A stretch of 64,000 bases of DNA. Origin: Acidobacteriota bacterium. Its GTDB lineage: Bacteria; Acidobacteriota; UBA890; WLXD01. The translations under genes were made by a program, and so were the position numbers. The notes below the pieces were generated by a model, which saw nothing but the letters and a program-made list of their open reading frames with translations, did not search any database and was not told where the DNA came from. Every line of letters begins with the position of its first letter. Position 1 is the stretch's first letter. The stretch spans positions 3,008,001 to 3,072,000 of the forward strand of contig CBDFKD010000002.1 of assembly GCA_965248695.1 (NCBI GenBank), written 5' to 3'. Shown here in pieces: positions 30,891-41,992 of the stretch.

Positions 30891-32753
30891 TCAGGAGTCT
30901 ATTGGCGCCGACGACGGCGTCACAAGGGGCGGCGCGGCCGGATCGGGGTCCTCCGTGAGCCGGTGCCCGAGATCGGCTGTCTCCGAAGGAACCAGGAGGA
31001 GACCGCACCTCCGAGCCCAATCGCCGAGCGCGGCGCTGCTGGTGGTACGGACCAGAGGCGCCGCCAGGAGCAGTCCCGCCAAGATCGGGGCAAGCCAGGG
31101 GACAAACGCCGGGCTATAGATCAACGTGACTCCGAGCCAGGCAACGCCGATGCCACTGATCCAGCACGTTTTCCTGAGGGCCGTCGGCCAGGAGACGTCC
31201 ATGCCGTGCCGTCGCTGGACGCTCCACTGAACCGTGTGCCCGGTCAACACGCTGAGAACAAACCGGCAGTGGTACATCATCATGAGCGGCGCCGTTACGA
31301 CCGCGAAGACCATCTCTATCAGGGCGCTGACAACGAGCCTGCCGGCGCCGCCGAAGGATCTCCGATTCCGCGCCAAGGCAAGCCCAAGCGCCAGCAGCTT
31401 GGGCACGAACAGGATGACGACCGTGACCAGGAGCAGTGAAAGCACCGACTGCGCGCCAGGCAACGGCAAGGCCGCGAGCAGGTCGTACGGTACGGCAGCA
31501 GCGAGGCGGATCTCGCTGCTGTCGAACACGACGTACGCCGTGCTCGTCAAGAGCATCAATAGCCACAGCAGCGACGAGACGTAGCCCATGGCGCCGAGCA
31601 CGAAATGTAGCCGGCTCATCGGATGCAACCCGCGAGCCAGCAACAGCCGCAGATGTTGCAGGCTCCCCTGAGCCCAACGGCGGTCGCGCGTGGCGTAGTC
31701 GAGGATGGTGCCGGGCAACTCCTCGTAGCTGCCGCCGACCGACGGTAGCAGGTACACATGCCATCCGGCGCGCCGCAGCAGCGCTGCCTCGACGAAGTCG
31801 TGGCTGAGGATCTCGCCTCCCCAGGGCGGTTCGCCGCGCAGCACCGGCAGGTCGCAGTGGTCGATGAAGGCACTCAGCCGCACGATGGCGTTGTGGCCCC
31901 AGTAGTTGGCGGCATCCCCCTGCCAGAAGCTCTGTCCGGTAGCGATCATCGGGCTGTACACACAGGCAGCGAACTGCAGCAACCGACCGAACAGCGTCGT
32001 CTGGCGAATGGGGACCGGCACGGTCTGGATGAGCCCGGCCATCGGGTTTGCCTGCATCGCCCGCACCAGGTCGACCAGCGACTGTCCGCTCATGACGCTG
32101 TCGGCATCGAGCACCACCATGAAGTCGTAGTGCGCCCCCCAGCAATGGCAGAAATCAGCGATGTTGCCGGCCTTGCGTCCGACGTTGGCTTGCCGGCGCC
32201 GATAGTGCAATGAAATGGCGCTCGCCCAGTGCTTCGAGAGCTCCACCCAGGCCGCCCGTTCGTCGCGGGCGATCGCTTCGTCGGTCGTATCACTCAGGAC
32301 GTGGACGGCGAAGCCTACTGCCTCCCCGGTCGCCACCAGCGAGCCGATGGTCGCCGATAGGCGGCGCATGACGCGAGCCGGATTCTCGTTGTGGATCGGC
32401 ATGACGAGCGCCGTGAGGGAGACAGCGGCCTCATCGTGCGCGTCGTGCATCTGCAATGACGGCGGCGACAGCGCATCGCGGCCGGTGGCGCGCAAGACGA
32501 ACCCGATGACCCCATTCCAGAAGGCGATGCAGATCCAGGTGAACGTCGCCGCGAACAGCAGGAGGATAGCGATCTCGAGCAACGTCAGGCCAGCGGTGCG
32601 GACGATATCGAGCATCATGCCGGTACCGGTCAGCGCCGTCAGCCCGACGAGCGCGAAGAACAGCCAGCGGCGAGCACGAATGCGTCCAGCGCTGACGCCG
32701 CTCGGGCAGCCTGGCGCGGACTCGCTATTGCGAAACGTCGGGGTACCAGACAT
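30891..32753 (-). CDS. opgH: Glucans biosynthesis glucosyltransferase OpgH/MdoH
   Basis: MPIHNE, LSDT, RKAGNIADF, VLDADS, NYWGHNAI, LSHDFVEA and RDRRWAQG. Confidence 0.93.
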   Translation of the reverse strand: MSGTPTFRNSESAPGCPSGVSAGRIRARRWLFFALVGLTALTGTGMMLDIVRTAGLTLLEIAILLLFAATFTWICIAFWNGVIGFVLRATGRDALSPPSLQMHDAHDEAAVSLTALVMPIHNENPARVMRRLSATIGSLVATGEAVGFAVHVLSDTTDEAIARDERAAWVELSKHWASAISLHYRRRQANVGRKAGNIADFCHCWGAHYDFMVVLDADSVMSGQSLVDLVRAMQANPMAGLIQTVPVPIRQTTLFGRLLQFAACVYSPMIATGQSFWQGDAANYWGHNAIVRLSAFIDHCDLPVLRGEPPWGGEILSHDFVEAALLRRAGWHVYLLPSVGGSYEELPGTILDYATRDRRWAQGSLQHLRLLLARGLHPMSRLHFVLGAMGYVSSLLWLLMLLTSTAYVVFDSSEIRLAAAVPYDLLAALPLPGAQSVLSLLLVTVVILFVPKLLALGLALARNRRSFGGAGRLVVSALIEMVFAVVTAPLMMMYHCRFVLSVLTGHTVQWSVQRRHGMDVSWPTALRKTCWISGIGVAWLGVTLIYSPAFVPWLAPILAGLLLAAPLVRTTSSAALGDWARRCGLLLVPSETADLGHRLTEDPDPAAPPLVTPSSAPIDS

Positions 32754-34392
32754 AGGTCCAGGTCTCGGTCAGCCTCGCACCGCCAGCCGTGAGGAACATC
32801 CGCATGTCGGCCGCTCGGCTCCCATCCGGCTGCAAATCGAAGCTCGCGCGCCACCCCGTAGCGTCGGGAAGCGGTTGCACGCTCAGGTTCGAGGTCTGTC
32901 CGTTCGAGATCTCCAGGACGGCCGCGACGCGCTCGCCGTCTTGGATCGCCGCCACCGTTGCACCGCCGAAATCGACCACGAAGTGCCGCTGGCGGCGTGG
33001 CGGCGGGTCGCTGTCGCCGGGCAAAGCATCCCACCCGATCCGGGTGCGCTCAACTTGCATCAACGTCTGCGTAGGCAGCCGGCGATCGAAGGTCGTAGCG
33101 CGATACCTGTAGCGGCGTGCCTGCCCGGCACGGAAGGGTTCATCCGGAGCCCAGTAGGCAACGATGTTGTCGTTGAACTCGGCGCCCGTCGGAATCTCCA
33201 CCAACTCCACACCACCGCCTCCCCAGGCGCCGTCTTCGACTTCAATCCAGAGGCTGGGTCGGCGATGATAAACAGCCTCTAGGTCGAGGTAGCTGTCGAA
33301 CCGCCGATCTCGCTGAACCAGGCCGAAGCCTTGCGGGTCGCGGTCGCGCAACGAGGTGACGCGCAGCCGGCGACGATTGCTCAGCGGACGGAGGATCCAC
33401 TCGCCGGCGCGCGTGAGCATCAGCAGGCCGTCGGAATCGTGCACCTGCGGACGATAGTCATCCCACTCGCGGGCACGATTCGGGCCATACAGGAACATGC
33501 TCGTCAGCGGAGCGACGCCGAGCTTGGCAATGTCCCGGCGGGCATGGAGACGGGCATCAACGCGCAGCACGGTGCTCTCGCCCGGCTGCAAATCGAAGCG
33601 GTAGGCGCCAGTTACGGAGGGGCTATCGAGCAAGGCGAAGAACACGAGCGTGTCGTCGCCCGGGGCTGGCTGCAGAAGCCAGAACTCACGGAAGACCGGA
33701 AACTCCTCGCTGCCGGGCGGCACCACATCAACGGCGAGGCCGCGACCCGACAGCCCGTGAGCCTGGTGACCGCCCAGCAATCGAAAGTACGACGCGCCGA
33801 GAAACACGGCCGCCTCCTGGCTCTGTCCCGAGTGCCCGAACGGATAGTGGACGCGGAAGCCAGCGTAGCCGAGCTCCGGCGAGAGCTCCGCGGCGGTAGC
33901 GGCAAGCGTCTCGGGGTAGCGAAAAAGCTCCCGATCGAGCAGCAGCTCTCTGGCCCGGCCGTCTTCGACCAGGTGAATGCGTACCCGATCTTGATAGAGC
34001 GACCCCGGGTGGAAGAGCTGCAGCTCGAACGGCGACTCGCCACGCCACAGGGCCGCCTGCGGACGAAACTCGATCGAGCGATACTGCGCGTAGTCGAGCC
34101 GCTCGAGGGCCGCCGGCACGGTGCGCTCGTACGGCGTGTACGGCAGCCGCGCTGACCTCAGCGCACGCTCGTTGACGTAGGTATGCAACGAATCGGCCGT
34201 GACCGAGGTAGGTGGCGGTACAGACGCGTCTGCAGCGCGCTGCCGATCCGCCGTCGCCAGCGCCGGGCCGTCTTCGACCGGCTTGGTGTCGCGGCCCTGC
34301 GTAGATAGTGTGGGGTCCGACCCACACGCCGCACCGATCAGCAACAGAGAGAGCACGGCGAGCGGCCACGCACACAACCGACCGAGTTGCAT
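32725..34392 (-). CDS. opgG: Periplasmic glucan biosynthesis protein OpgG/OpgD (MdoG family)
   Basis: LDYAQYRSIEF, FLGASYFR, GLSGRGLA, EEFPVFREFW, RPQVHDSDGL and DNIVAYW; lipoprotein-like N-terminus from ATG 34392. Confidence 0.9.
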   Translation of the reverse strand: MQLGRLCAWPLAVLSLLLIGAACGSDPTLSTQGRDTKPVEDGPALATADRQRAADASVPPPTSVTADSLHTYVNERALRSARLPYTPYERTVPAALERLDYAQYRSIEFRPQAALWRGESPFELQLFHPGSLYQDRVRIHLVEDGRARELLLDRELFRYPETLAATAAELSPELGYAGFRVHYPFGHSGQSQEAAVFLGASYFRLLGGHQAHGLSGRGLAVDVVPPGSEEFPVFREFWLLQPAPGDDTLVFFALLDSPSVTGAYRFDLQPGESTVLRVDARLHARRDIAKLGVAPLTSMFLYGPNRAREWDDYRPQVHDSDGLLMLTRAGEWILRPLSNRRRLRVTSLRDRDPQGFGLVQRDRRFDSYLDLEAVYHRRPSLWIEVEDGAWGGGGVELVEIPTGAEFNDNIVAYWAPDEPFRAGQARRYRYRATTFDRRLPTQTLMQVERTRIGWDALPGDSDPPPRRQRHFVVDFGGATVAAIQDGERVAAVLEISNGQTSNLSVQPLPDATGWRASFDLQPDGSRAADMRMFLTAGGARLTETWTYVWYPDVSQ

Positions 34393-36016
34393 GTCCACGA
34401 TCGCGTCGACGACACGTCTCCGAGCCGTTGCTCTCCGATTCTTGCTCGCGTGGTTGCTCATCAACGCCATCTTGCTAGCCCCGCGCTGGTTGGCGACCGG
34501 CAGCCTCGGCGGCGCTTGGGTGACGGCGGAGTCAGGGCTGGTGGTCGGACTCGTCGCGTTGCTGCCCGTTCGCCATTGGAGCCAGCTGCTCGCCCGGTTC
34601 GCTGCGGTCGTTCTGGTCAGTCTGAGCATCGTCGTGCTTGCCGACACGGTGGCACGGCAAATTCTCGCACGTCCGCTGAGCCTCTACCTCGATCTGAGCT
34701 TACTGGGCGCGGTGCTCAACCTGCTACGCGGCACGCTCGGCACCTTCGTCGCGACCCTTGCCGTGCCCCTGGCGCTCATCGTAGCCGGCCTGCTCACCTG
34801 GGGCCTGGCACGTCTGCTGCAGCCAGAAGCCGTTCCGCGTGGCTCGTGGATCCTGCGCGGCGCCGGCGTCGCCATGATCACGGTGTCGGCTCTCGGCCTG
34901 CTCGACAGGCCGCCGCCAGGGATCGCCGAGAGGATGGCTCGACCGGCAGTGCTGGTCGCCGGGCAGCAAACGAGGCACCTGCAGCGAATGCTCACTGAGC
35001 GCCAGCGCTTCGAGGCCGAGATGGCAGCGGTCCAGGCGAGCTACGCGCACGTTCCGGGCTTGCTGCAACGACTCGAGGGACGCGATGTCGTGCTCGGCTT
35101 CATCGAGTCATACGGCTTGTCAGCGATCACCGATCCGCGCTACGCGGGCATCGTCGTACCCCGGCTTCAAGAGCTCGGAGCGCGGCTGCAGGCCGCAGAT
35201 CTGTATCTGGCTACCGGGGCGCTGGTGGCGCCCGTCCAGGGAGGGCAATCGTGGCTCGGGCGTGGATCGTTGCTCGGCGGCCTGTGGCTGGAGAACCAGC
35301 TGCGCTATGACCTGCTGCTGGCGGGGGGGCGCGAGACGCTGGTCGACGACTTCCGTCGCGCCGGCTACCGCACCGTGGCGCTGATGCCGGCGATCACCCA
35401 CGCCTGGCCCGAAGGCGAACGCCTCGGCTACGACGAGATCTATGCCCACAAGGACATCGACTACGCCGGTCCGGCGCTCAACTGGGTCACCATGCCGGAT
35501 CAGTTCACCTGGTCGTTCCTGCAGCGGCACATCCGCAGCGGCGACGATCCCCGGCCGCTGTTCGCCGAGCTCGGCCTGATCAGCAGTCATGCACCGTGGA
35601 CGCCGATTCTGACGGTGCTCGACGACTGGGACTCGATCGGCAACGGAGAGGTGTTCTCCAAATGGGAAGGGGTGGGCGAGCGGCCGGTCGACCTGTGGCG
35701 CGATCACGACCGGGTGCGCCAGCACTACGCCTTGTCTATCGACTATGCGCTTCAAGTCGCCACCGCGTACGCCGAGCGCTACGTCGATGAGCGCACGCTG
35801 CTACTGGTGCTCGGCGACCATCAACCCGCCCCGATGATTACCGGAGACGATGCCAGCCGCGCCTCGCCGGTCCACGTGATCGCCGCCGACCCGACGCTGC
35901 TGGAGCCCTTCGTGGCCTGGGGCTTCGTCGAGGGCGCCATTCCGGCCTCGGCTCACTCGGCACCTCGGATGGACGCGTTCCGCGACTGGTTCGTGCGCGC
36001 CTTCAGCCTGCCATGA
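34391..36016 (+). CDS. Membrane-anchored alkaline-phosphatase/sulfatase-superfamily protein (LtaS/OpgB-like architecture)
   Basis: About 5 N-terminal TM segments, then FIESYG, GGQSWL, SSHAPW and GDHQP (E, S nucleophile, H, DH); the start is uncertain. Confidence 0.78.
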   Translation: MSTIASTTRLRAVALRFLLAWLLINAILLAPRWLATGSLGGAWVTAESGLVVGLVALLPVRHWSQLLARFAAVVLVSLSIVVLADTVARQILARPLSLYLDLSLLGAVLNLLRGTLGTFVATLAVPLALIVAGLLTWGLARLLQPEAVPRGSWILRGAGVAMITVSALGLLDRPPPGIAERMARPAVLVAGQQTRHLQRMLTERQRFEAEMAAVQASYAHVPGLLQRLEGRDVVLGFIESYGLSAITDPRYAGIVVPRLQELGARLQAADLYLATGALVAPVQGGQSWLGRGSLLGGLWLENQLRYDLLLAGGRETLVDDFRRAGYRTVALMPAITHAWPEGERLGYDEIYAHKDIDYAGPALNWVTMPDQFTWSFLQRHIRSGDDPRPLFAELGLISSHAPWTPILTVLDDWDSIGNGEVFSKWEGVGERPVDLWRDHDRVRQHYALSIDYALQVATAYAERYVDERTLLLVLGDHQPAPMITGDDASRASPVHVIAADPTLLEPFVAWGFVEGAIPASAHSAPRMDAFRDWFVRAFSLP

Positions 36017-36813
36017 CCGCATGGCTGGGGTTGATCCGCTCGCTGGTGGTGTACTGGCGCCCGGGCCGTCAGCGGGCGCTGCGAGCGCTGTATCGTCCCT
36101 TCGTCGAACTCGACGATCTCGTTTTTGACGTCGGCGCCCACCTGGGTGACCGATCGGTGGCGTTCGCGGCCCTGGGCGCCCGGGTCGTCGCGCTCGAGCC
36201 GCAGCCACGAGTCGCCCGCTGGCTGAGACGATTGGTCGGGCACAGCGATCGAATCACGGTGCGACAAGAGGCCGTCGGCCGCAGGACAGGGATCGGCGAC
36301 CTTGCCATAAGCCGTCGAACCCCTGCTGTTTCGACGCTGGCCCACGGCTGGAGATCGCGTCTTCCCGACGTCAACAGGAGCTTTAGAAACGTGCGCTGGG
36401 ATGAGACGGTGAGCGTCACCGTCAACACCCTGGACGCGCTGATCGCCACCTATGGGGTACCGGCCTTCTGCAAGATCGACGTCGAAGGGCATGAGGCAGA
36501 CGTGCTCGCCGGACTCAGTCAGCCGCTACCGAGCCTGTCGTTCGAGTTTGTCGCCGGCGCACTGGATGTAGCCACCGACTGCATCGGTGAGCTCCGTGGG
36601 CTCGGGCGATACGAGTTCAACGCTATCGCGGTCGAGCAGCGCCGCTACCTGTTCGACGCCTGGCGCAGCGGTGACGAGGTAGTGCAGTGGCTGGCGGCCG
36701 GTGCCGACGGATGCTCGTCCGGTGACCTGTACGCCGTTCTGGTGCATCCTTCCACCGGCGCGCTACCGAACACGGCCGACGCGTCCGAACTCGGCGACAA
36801 CGGAGCACCGTGA
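36013..36813 (+). CDS. FkbM family methyltransferase
   Basis: VFDVGAHLG, ALEPQP, TLDAL and KIDVEGHE. Confidence 0.9.
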   Translation: MTAWLGLIRSLVVYWRPGRQRALRALYRPFVELDDLVFDVGAHLGDRSVAFAALGARVVALEPQPRVARWLRRLVGHSDRITVRQEAVGRRTGIGDLAISRRTPAVSTLAHGWRSRLPDVNRSFRNVRWDETVSVTVNTLDALIATYGVPAFCKIDVEGHEADVLAGLSQPLPSLSFEFVAGALDVATDCIGELRGLGRYEFNAIAVEQRRYLFDAWRSGDEVVQWLAAGADGCSSGDLYAVLVHPSTGALPNTADASELGDNGAP

Positions 36814-37655
36814 GCATCCCGATCGACGAACGTACAGCCTGGCACCTGGTTGGCGCGATCTCACCAGGATCGGTGCGGCCCGATGCCCCGGTGCGCGTTC
36901 AACACGAGACCCGGTCCGACGTCTGGCTCGAGGTCGACGCGTCGGGAGCCTGGCGAGCTTCGGCGCCGACGACCGACGACGCCCGCGACGTGTTCGAGCT
37001 GTACCTGCCGCTTCAGGTGCGCGATCGGTTCGTGATCGGGCAAATGGCGCAGAGTCTCGACGGTCGTATAGCGACCGTCGCCGGGAACTCCCAGTTCTTG
37101 ACCGGACCGGCCGACATTCGCAGGCTCCATCGACTGCGGGCGCTGGTCGACGCGGTTGTCATTGGCGCCAGCACGGTAGCCTCCGACGATCCGCAGCTGA
37201 CCGTTCGCGAAGCCGAGGGCGACGACCCGGTCAGGGTGGTACTCGACCCGAACGGACGCCTCGACCCGGCAAGCACGGTGTTCACCGACGGCGCAGCACC
37301 CACCATCGTGCTGCGCCAGGCAGCCAACGACCATGGACCGAGTGCTGCTGCGGGCGAAGTCATCGAGCTTCCGGTGGATGGCCCAAACGGGTTCGACACG
37401 CGCACCGTTCTGTCGCTGCTCCGAGACCGTGGGCTGAAACGGGTGCTCGTCGAGGGTGGCGGGATCACGGTGTCGCGCTTCCTGCAGGCGGGCGCGCTGG
37501 ATCGCCTACACGTAACGGTGGCGCCGGTGTTGTTGGGATCGGGCTGCCGAGGCTTCACGCTCGACCCGATCGTTGCGCTCGACGAGGCAATCCGACCGCC
37601 AGCGCGGCGCTTCAACCTGGGCGAAGACGTCGTATTCGATCTCGATCTCAGCTGA
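36810..37655 (+). CDS. RibD C-terminal reductase-domain protein (stand-alone)
   Basis: AQSLDGRIAT, HRLRALVDAVVIGASTV, DDPQLTVR and VLVEGGG; no deaminase domain. Confidence 0.88.
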   Translation: MSIPIDERTAWHLVGAISPGSVRPDAPVRVQHETRSDVWLEVDASGAWRASAPTTDDARDVFELYLPLQVRDRFVIGQMAQSLDGRIATVAGNSQFLTGPADIRRLHRLRALVDAVVIGASTVASDDPQLTVREAEGDDPVRVVLDPNGRLDPASTVFTDGAAPTIVLRQAANDHGPSAAAGEVIELPVDGPNGFDTRTVLSLLRDRGLKRVLVEGGGITVSRFLQAGALDRLHVTVAPVLLGSGCRGFTLDPIVALDEAIRPPARRFNLGEDVVFDLDLS

Positions 37656-38578
37656 ACCGCGCCGCCGGCCTGGTCATCAAGATCACGGCCCCCGGAAGGC
37701 TGGCCGTCAGCACCAACAGACCATAGGCGACGGAGATCGCCACGCCATCGGCCACCGGCAGACCGGCTGCTTCCCACAGCAGGGCGGCCGCCGCCTCGCG
37801 CACGCCCCAGCCGGCGATGGTAGCGGGAATCAGCATGGCCACCAGCACCGGGGCGACGAGCGGCAATAGCGTGCTCGACGGTGTTTCCACCCCGACGGCA
37901 CGCGCCATCAAGAGATAGACGGTGATGTACGAGGCGACTAGCAGGCCGGAGCTGATCAGCTGCGCCGGCAGCGCTCCCGGCGACAGGAGTCCCGCACGCG
38001 AGTCGTGCCAGACGCGTCGTGCGAGCGAATCCGTAACCCCCGATCGCGACATTGCCCCAGGCGAGCAACCCGGACACGACGACCACCAGCAACCCCATAC
38101 CCAGCAGCGGCACCGCTATCGGAGCCAGGGGCGTCGACAGCCAGATGAGCGATCCGCCGGCGACCACCAACATCACGACCTGCCCCGACGCCCGTTCCAG
38201 CATCACGGCGCGCAATGCCCGCCCGCCGAGACCCGGCGGAAGCGCGCGTCCATGGCGCCAGGCGCGGCCGAGGTCACCGCCCACTCCACCCGGGAGCACC
38301 TGGTTCAAAAAGCTGGCGATCGCGTACTCACGCAGGGCGGCGACGAAGGGCAGGCGGATGCCGAGCCGGTCGGCGGTGAATCGCCAGCGCCAGGCTGAAA
38401 GCACCACCTGGAGCAGCGAGATGGCAGCGGCGGGCACCACCCAGCGCGCCTCCAGCTTGCCGAGGCGATCGATCACCCGGTCAAAGTCGAGGTACACCGC
38501 CAGGATGACCAGCAACGCGATGCTGAGGCCGAATCGCGCCAGCAAGAGCCCGACTCGCGCCCCCGCCGCCGATTTCAC
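37648..38578 (-). pseudogene. Lysylphosphatidylglycerol-synthase TM / flippase-like protein with a +1 frameshift near 38055
   Basis: AWRW, FLNQVLPGGVGGD and VMLER in one frame; IPATIAGWGVREAA in the next; the shift is in a G run (TGGGGC). It may be a sequencing error. Confidence 0.8.
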
Positions 38579-40542
38579 GACTGACCGGCCAACTCGTCCG
38601 CCGGCAGCGCCAACAAGTCTGTGTGGCCGACGCTGAGCTCGAACGATCGGCGCTCGATCGTGATCCTGCGACGCCCGGCCCAGGCTTCGATTCGCCGCCT
38701 GCTTGCTGGTCGCTCCTGGCTCGCAGCCTGCCGCCATCCGTCTACCAGGGCGAGCGCCAGCGCTGCGTCGGCGAGGCCAAGCTGCCAAACGCTCGGCTGT
38801 AGGCAGGTACGGTACCCGGCACGGCGGAAGAGCTCCTCAGCCACCCGCCCAGCAGCCGGTCCGAGCGCCGGGCCCAGGCCCTTGTCGCTCAGTTGATGGG
38901 CGCTCACCGCCTCTCGCACGAGCTCGTCGTCCGGGTCGACATCAGCGGTAGGGGCCCCGCTGGCGGTCGAAAAGAAGTGGAACTCCCCGTCGTAGCTCAG
39001 CGCAAAATAGGCGGCGCGTTCTGCCTGCTTGCATACGTTCACCAGGCGACGTAGCCACGCTTCCGAAACCAGGTCCAGCAGGGCGGAACCGGTCACCAGA
39101 TGGGCGCTGGCGACCGCCTCCAGGCCGCGATCGGCAAGGTCTCCATGCTGGCGGCAGAGACGACAATGGGGGCCGGGGCTCACCGCTCGGCCGAGCAATC
39201 CGGCGTCATGATCGACCAGCGTCCAGGCTTGAGGCAGCGTTAGCCGTGGCGACAGGAAGCGGAAGTTGGAGCCAGTACCGCTACCCAGATCGACGATCCG
39301 CGACCATCCTCTCTGCTGCCAGGTCAGCCGCAGCCGGTCGACGAGGTCGTAGGCCCGCGAGCGATGATCGACCGGCTCGCGCAACGACAGCCAGTCGGCG
39401 GCAAAACGATCGATGACCGGCGGCCGGTGCGCCACGGCTGAGTCAAAGGCTCTCGGCGACGCTCCACCGCCGAGCGGCGTCAGCTCGAGGACCGAGGCGG
39501 CGAGCGCATGACCGCCCTGATCCCAGGTTGGCAGACGCGGCGCCACGAGGCGAGCCGCGGCGGCCATATCAGCCAGCCTCTGTGCTCCGTCCGGATCGCC
39601 GAGCACACCCTCCAGGGCGCCGGCCAGCGCCTCGGCTTCACCGGGGGCTACCAGCACGGCGGCGCCGTCCGGCATCGCTTCCGGGATCGCACCGCCCGTG
39701 GTGCTGACCACCGGGAGCCCGCGCGCTAGCGCTTCCGTTAGCACCATGCCGAAGCCCTCATAGTGCGAGGCCAGCACGAACAGCGAGGCGGAGTCGTAGT
39801 AACGGTCCAAGTGCTCCGCGTCGCACTCACCGACGAATTCGATCCTGTCGCCAAGCCCGGCCGCTGCCGCTTGATCGAGCACTGCCTGACCATGGGCGGG
39901 ATGGTCTCGTAGGCTCCCGACACACACACAGCTCCACGAAAGGTGCTGCAGTCGTTGCAACGCACCAATCAGAACGTCGTGACCCTTGCGCGGAGTCACC
40001 GAGCCAACACACAGCAGTCGAGGCGACGCCCCGGCGCTCGGACCTGTAGCCGTCTTGGCGGGGTCGGTCCCCGGGGGCACTGCCCGCACCCGGTCCTGCG
40101 CGACTCCGAGAGCCTTCAGCCGCGACGCCGTGAACTCGCTGGTGGTCACGATCCCGGCGCAGCAGCGTAGGGCGGCACGCTCTGTTTGGCGGAACCGCTC
40201 CTGATCAGCGCTCGACAGGCCGGTCTCGTCGGCCAGCGGGTGATGCACCAAGGCGAGGATCCGCAGCCGATCGCCGTGGGCGTGCACGACGTCGGGAAGG
40301 GCGCCCATCGCCAGCCCGTCGATCAGCGCCCGAACCCCTTCCGGTATCTTCGAAAGCGCCTTCGCCAGCGCCCGCCGCGCCGTTGTGTCGGCATCGGGAA
40401 AACGACCGTCGAGCTCGTGGACCGTGACCCGCCACCCCAGCCGCTGCAGCGCGGCCGCCATGCGAGCGTCGTAGATACTGCCACCGGTGTGTCGCGCCAG
40501 GGATCCCGGAACAACCAGGTGCAGCTCGAAGTCCTCAGGCAT
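38575..40542 (-). CDS. GT4 glycosyltransferase fused to a class I SAM methyltransferase-like domain
   Basis: TGGSIYD, RKGHDVL and [15 protein letters not shown], then [13 protein letters not shown] and [11 protein letters not shown]. Confidence 0.88.
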   Translation of the reverse strand: MPEDFELHLVVPGSLARHTGGSIYDARMAAALQRLGWRVTVHELDGRFPDADTTARRALAKALSKIPEGVRALIDGLAMGALPDVVHAHGDRLRILALVHHPLADETGLSSADQERFRQTERAALRCCAGIVTTSEFTASRLKALGVAQDRVRAVPPGTDPAKTATGPSAGASPRLLCVGSVTPRKGHDVLIGALQRLQHLSWSCVCVGSLRDHPAHGQAVLDQAAAAGLGDRIEFVGECDAEHLDRYYDSASLFVLASHYEGFGMVLTEALARGLPVVSTTGGAIPEAMPDGAAVLVAPGEAEALAGALEGVLGDPDGAQRLADMAAAARLVAPRLPTWDQGGHALAASVLELTPLGGGASPRAFDSAVAHRPPVIDRFAADWLSLREPVDHRSRAYDLVDRLRLTWQQRGWSRIVDLGSGTGSNFRFLSPRLTLPQAWTLVDHDAGLLGRAVSPGPHCRLCRQHGDLADRGLEAVASAHLVTGSALLDLVSEAWLRRLVNVCKQAERAAYFALSYDGEFHFFSTASGAPTADVDPDDELVREAVSAHQLSDKGLGPALGPAAGRVAEELFRRAGYRTCLQPSVWQLGLADAALALALVDGWRQAASQERPASRRRIEAWAGRRRITIERRSFELSVGHTDLLALPADELAGQS

Positions 40543-40933
40543 CTCCCTCGTAGCTGGCCCAGGCGACGTGCGACTCGCTGAGGGTGACGCGAACACGAGT
40601 GATCCGGCGCGCCCCTTCACCCAACTCGCCCCGGTGCAGCGCTGCAACCAGGCGATCGAAGATCTCCCGCGCCAGGAACTCGGTGGTCGTGTTCTTGCCG
40701 TCGAACGCGGGATCCTCGTCGAGGTTGGTGTAGTTCAGCTGGCTGAGGATCGAACCCAGCTGCTGGCTGGCGAGGCCGATGTCGACTACCAGGCCGTCGG
40801 CATCGAGATCGGGTCGGCAGAAGGTGGCATCCACCACGTAGGTCGCCCCGTGCAGTGCCTGCGCCGGGCCGAAGGCCTCGCCGTCGAAGCTGTGGGCGAT
40901 CATGAAGTGGTCTCGAACGTTCAGGCTGTACAC
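40535..40933 (-). CDS. 6-pyruvoyl-tetrahydropterin synthase/QueD superfamily (COG0720), PTPS-IV subtype
   Basis: [26 protein letters not shown] and ESH; lacks the QueD CxxxHGH motif. Confidence 0.87.
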   Translation of the reverse strand: MYSLNVRDHFMIAHSFDGEAFGPAQALHGATYVVDATFCRPDLDADGLVVDIGLASQQLGSILSQLNYTNLDEDPAFDGKNTTTEFLAREIFDRLVAALHRGELGEGARRITRVRVTLSESHVAWASYEGDA

Positions 40934-41005
40934 AGTAAGTGTCTCCCGTCGTCGGATCCGATCCGGCTCGCTACGCCGGCGCTATCAACGACAAGCTCAA
41001 CGCTT

Positions 41006-41992
41006 TCATGGTGTGGGATAGCAGATACGGTGGCACAGTGCCGCGCCCGGATCAGCGCTCAGTCGCTCCAGCACCTGTGGCAGGTCCTCGAAGTCGTCCT
41101 CGCCGGTGATGAGCACGTCGAGCTTCGGATCAGCAAGGAGCTCGAGCGCCAGGCGCATGCGTCGTCCGTGGCTCCAGCGGGGGATGCGCTCCGGCGGAAG
41201 GCGGCCCACCTGACTGCTCTTGATGGTCAACCTGCGGGCGTGGAACGCCTCTCCCAGCGGCAGGTCGACGTCGCGACTGCCGTACCAGCTGAGGTCTACG
41301 ATCGTGCCCTCCAAGCCGGCCACCGCCAGCGCGGTCCGCAGCCCAGCGGGCCGGCCGCTAGCGTGGACAACGAGGTCGGCATCGGCGTCATCGGGGGCTT
41401 CGCCGCGAAACCTGATGCCGAGCTCCCGGGCAGCAGCCTCACGCCCGGGGTTGGTATCGATCACCGTCACTTTCGTGCCCGGAACTTGACGGCACAGAAA
41501 CCCGACCAACAGACCCAGTACGCCGGCGCCAACGACGACCACCCGGTCGCCGACACGGGGGCATGCATCCCACAACACATTGACCGCGGCTTCCATGTTC
41601 GCCGCCAGCACGGCGCGCTCGAGGGGAACGTTGTCGGGCACCAGCGTGACGTTGACGGCGGGCACGCAGTAGAGATCCTGATGCGGGAACAGGGAGAAGA
41701 CTCGTCGCCCCAGAAGCGACCCTTCTCCTTCGACCACCTCGCCAACGTTGATGTAGCCGTACTTGACTGGCGCCGGAAAATCGCCCTCTTGGAACGGGGC
41801 GCGCATCGTCTCATATTGGGACGGCGGAACCTCGCCGCGGAACACGATGGACTCGGTCCCGCGGCTGATCGCCGAGTAGCGTGTGCGTACGAGGACGTGG
41901 CCGTCGCAGACCGCCGGTATGGAGGCCTGGCGAATCTCGCCCTGTCCGGGCGCCCGTATCCAGAATTGGCGAGCAGTGTAGGTTCCTGGCAT
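41006..41992 (-). CDS. Zinc-binding alcohol dehydrogenase-family (MDR) protein
   Basis: SAISRGTE, KYGY and VVGAGVLG. Confidence 0.87.
   Translation of the reverse strand: MPGTYTARQFWIRAPGQGEIRQASIPAVCDGHVLVRTRYSAISRGTESIVFRGEVPPSQYETMRAPFQEGDFPAPVKYGYINVGEVVEGEGSLLGRRVFSLFPHQDLYCVPAVNVTLVPDNVPLERAVLAANMEAAVNVLWDACPRVGDRVVVVGAGVLGLLVGFLCRQVPGTKVTVIDTNPGREAAARELGIRFRGEAPDDADADLVVHASGRPAGLRTALAVAGLEGTIVDLSWYGSRDVDLPLGEAFHARRLTIKSSQVGRLPPERIPRWSHGRRMRLALELLADPKLDVLITGEDDFEDLPQVLERLSADPGAALCHRICYPTP

Noticed and set aside
37013-37647. C-terminal part of the 591-aa minus ORF
   Set aside because: It is read-through after the flippase frameshift, antisense to the RibD-like gene.
40535-40933. queD (queuosine) or folate PTPS
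   Set aside because: It lacks CxxxHGH, has the FGPAQ signature, and has no que or fol neighbours.
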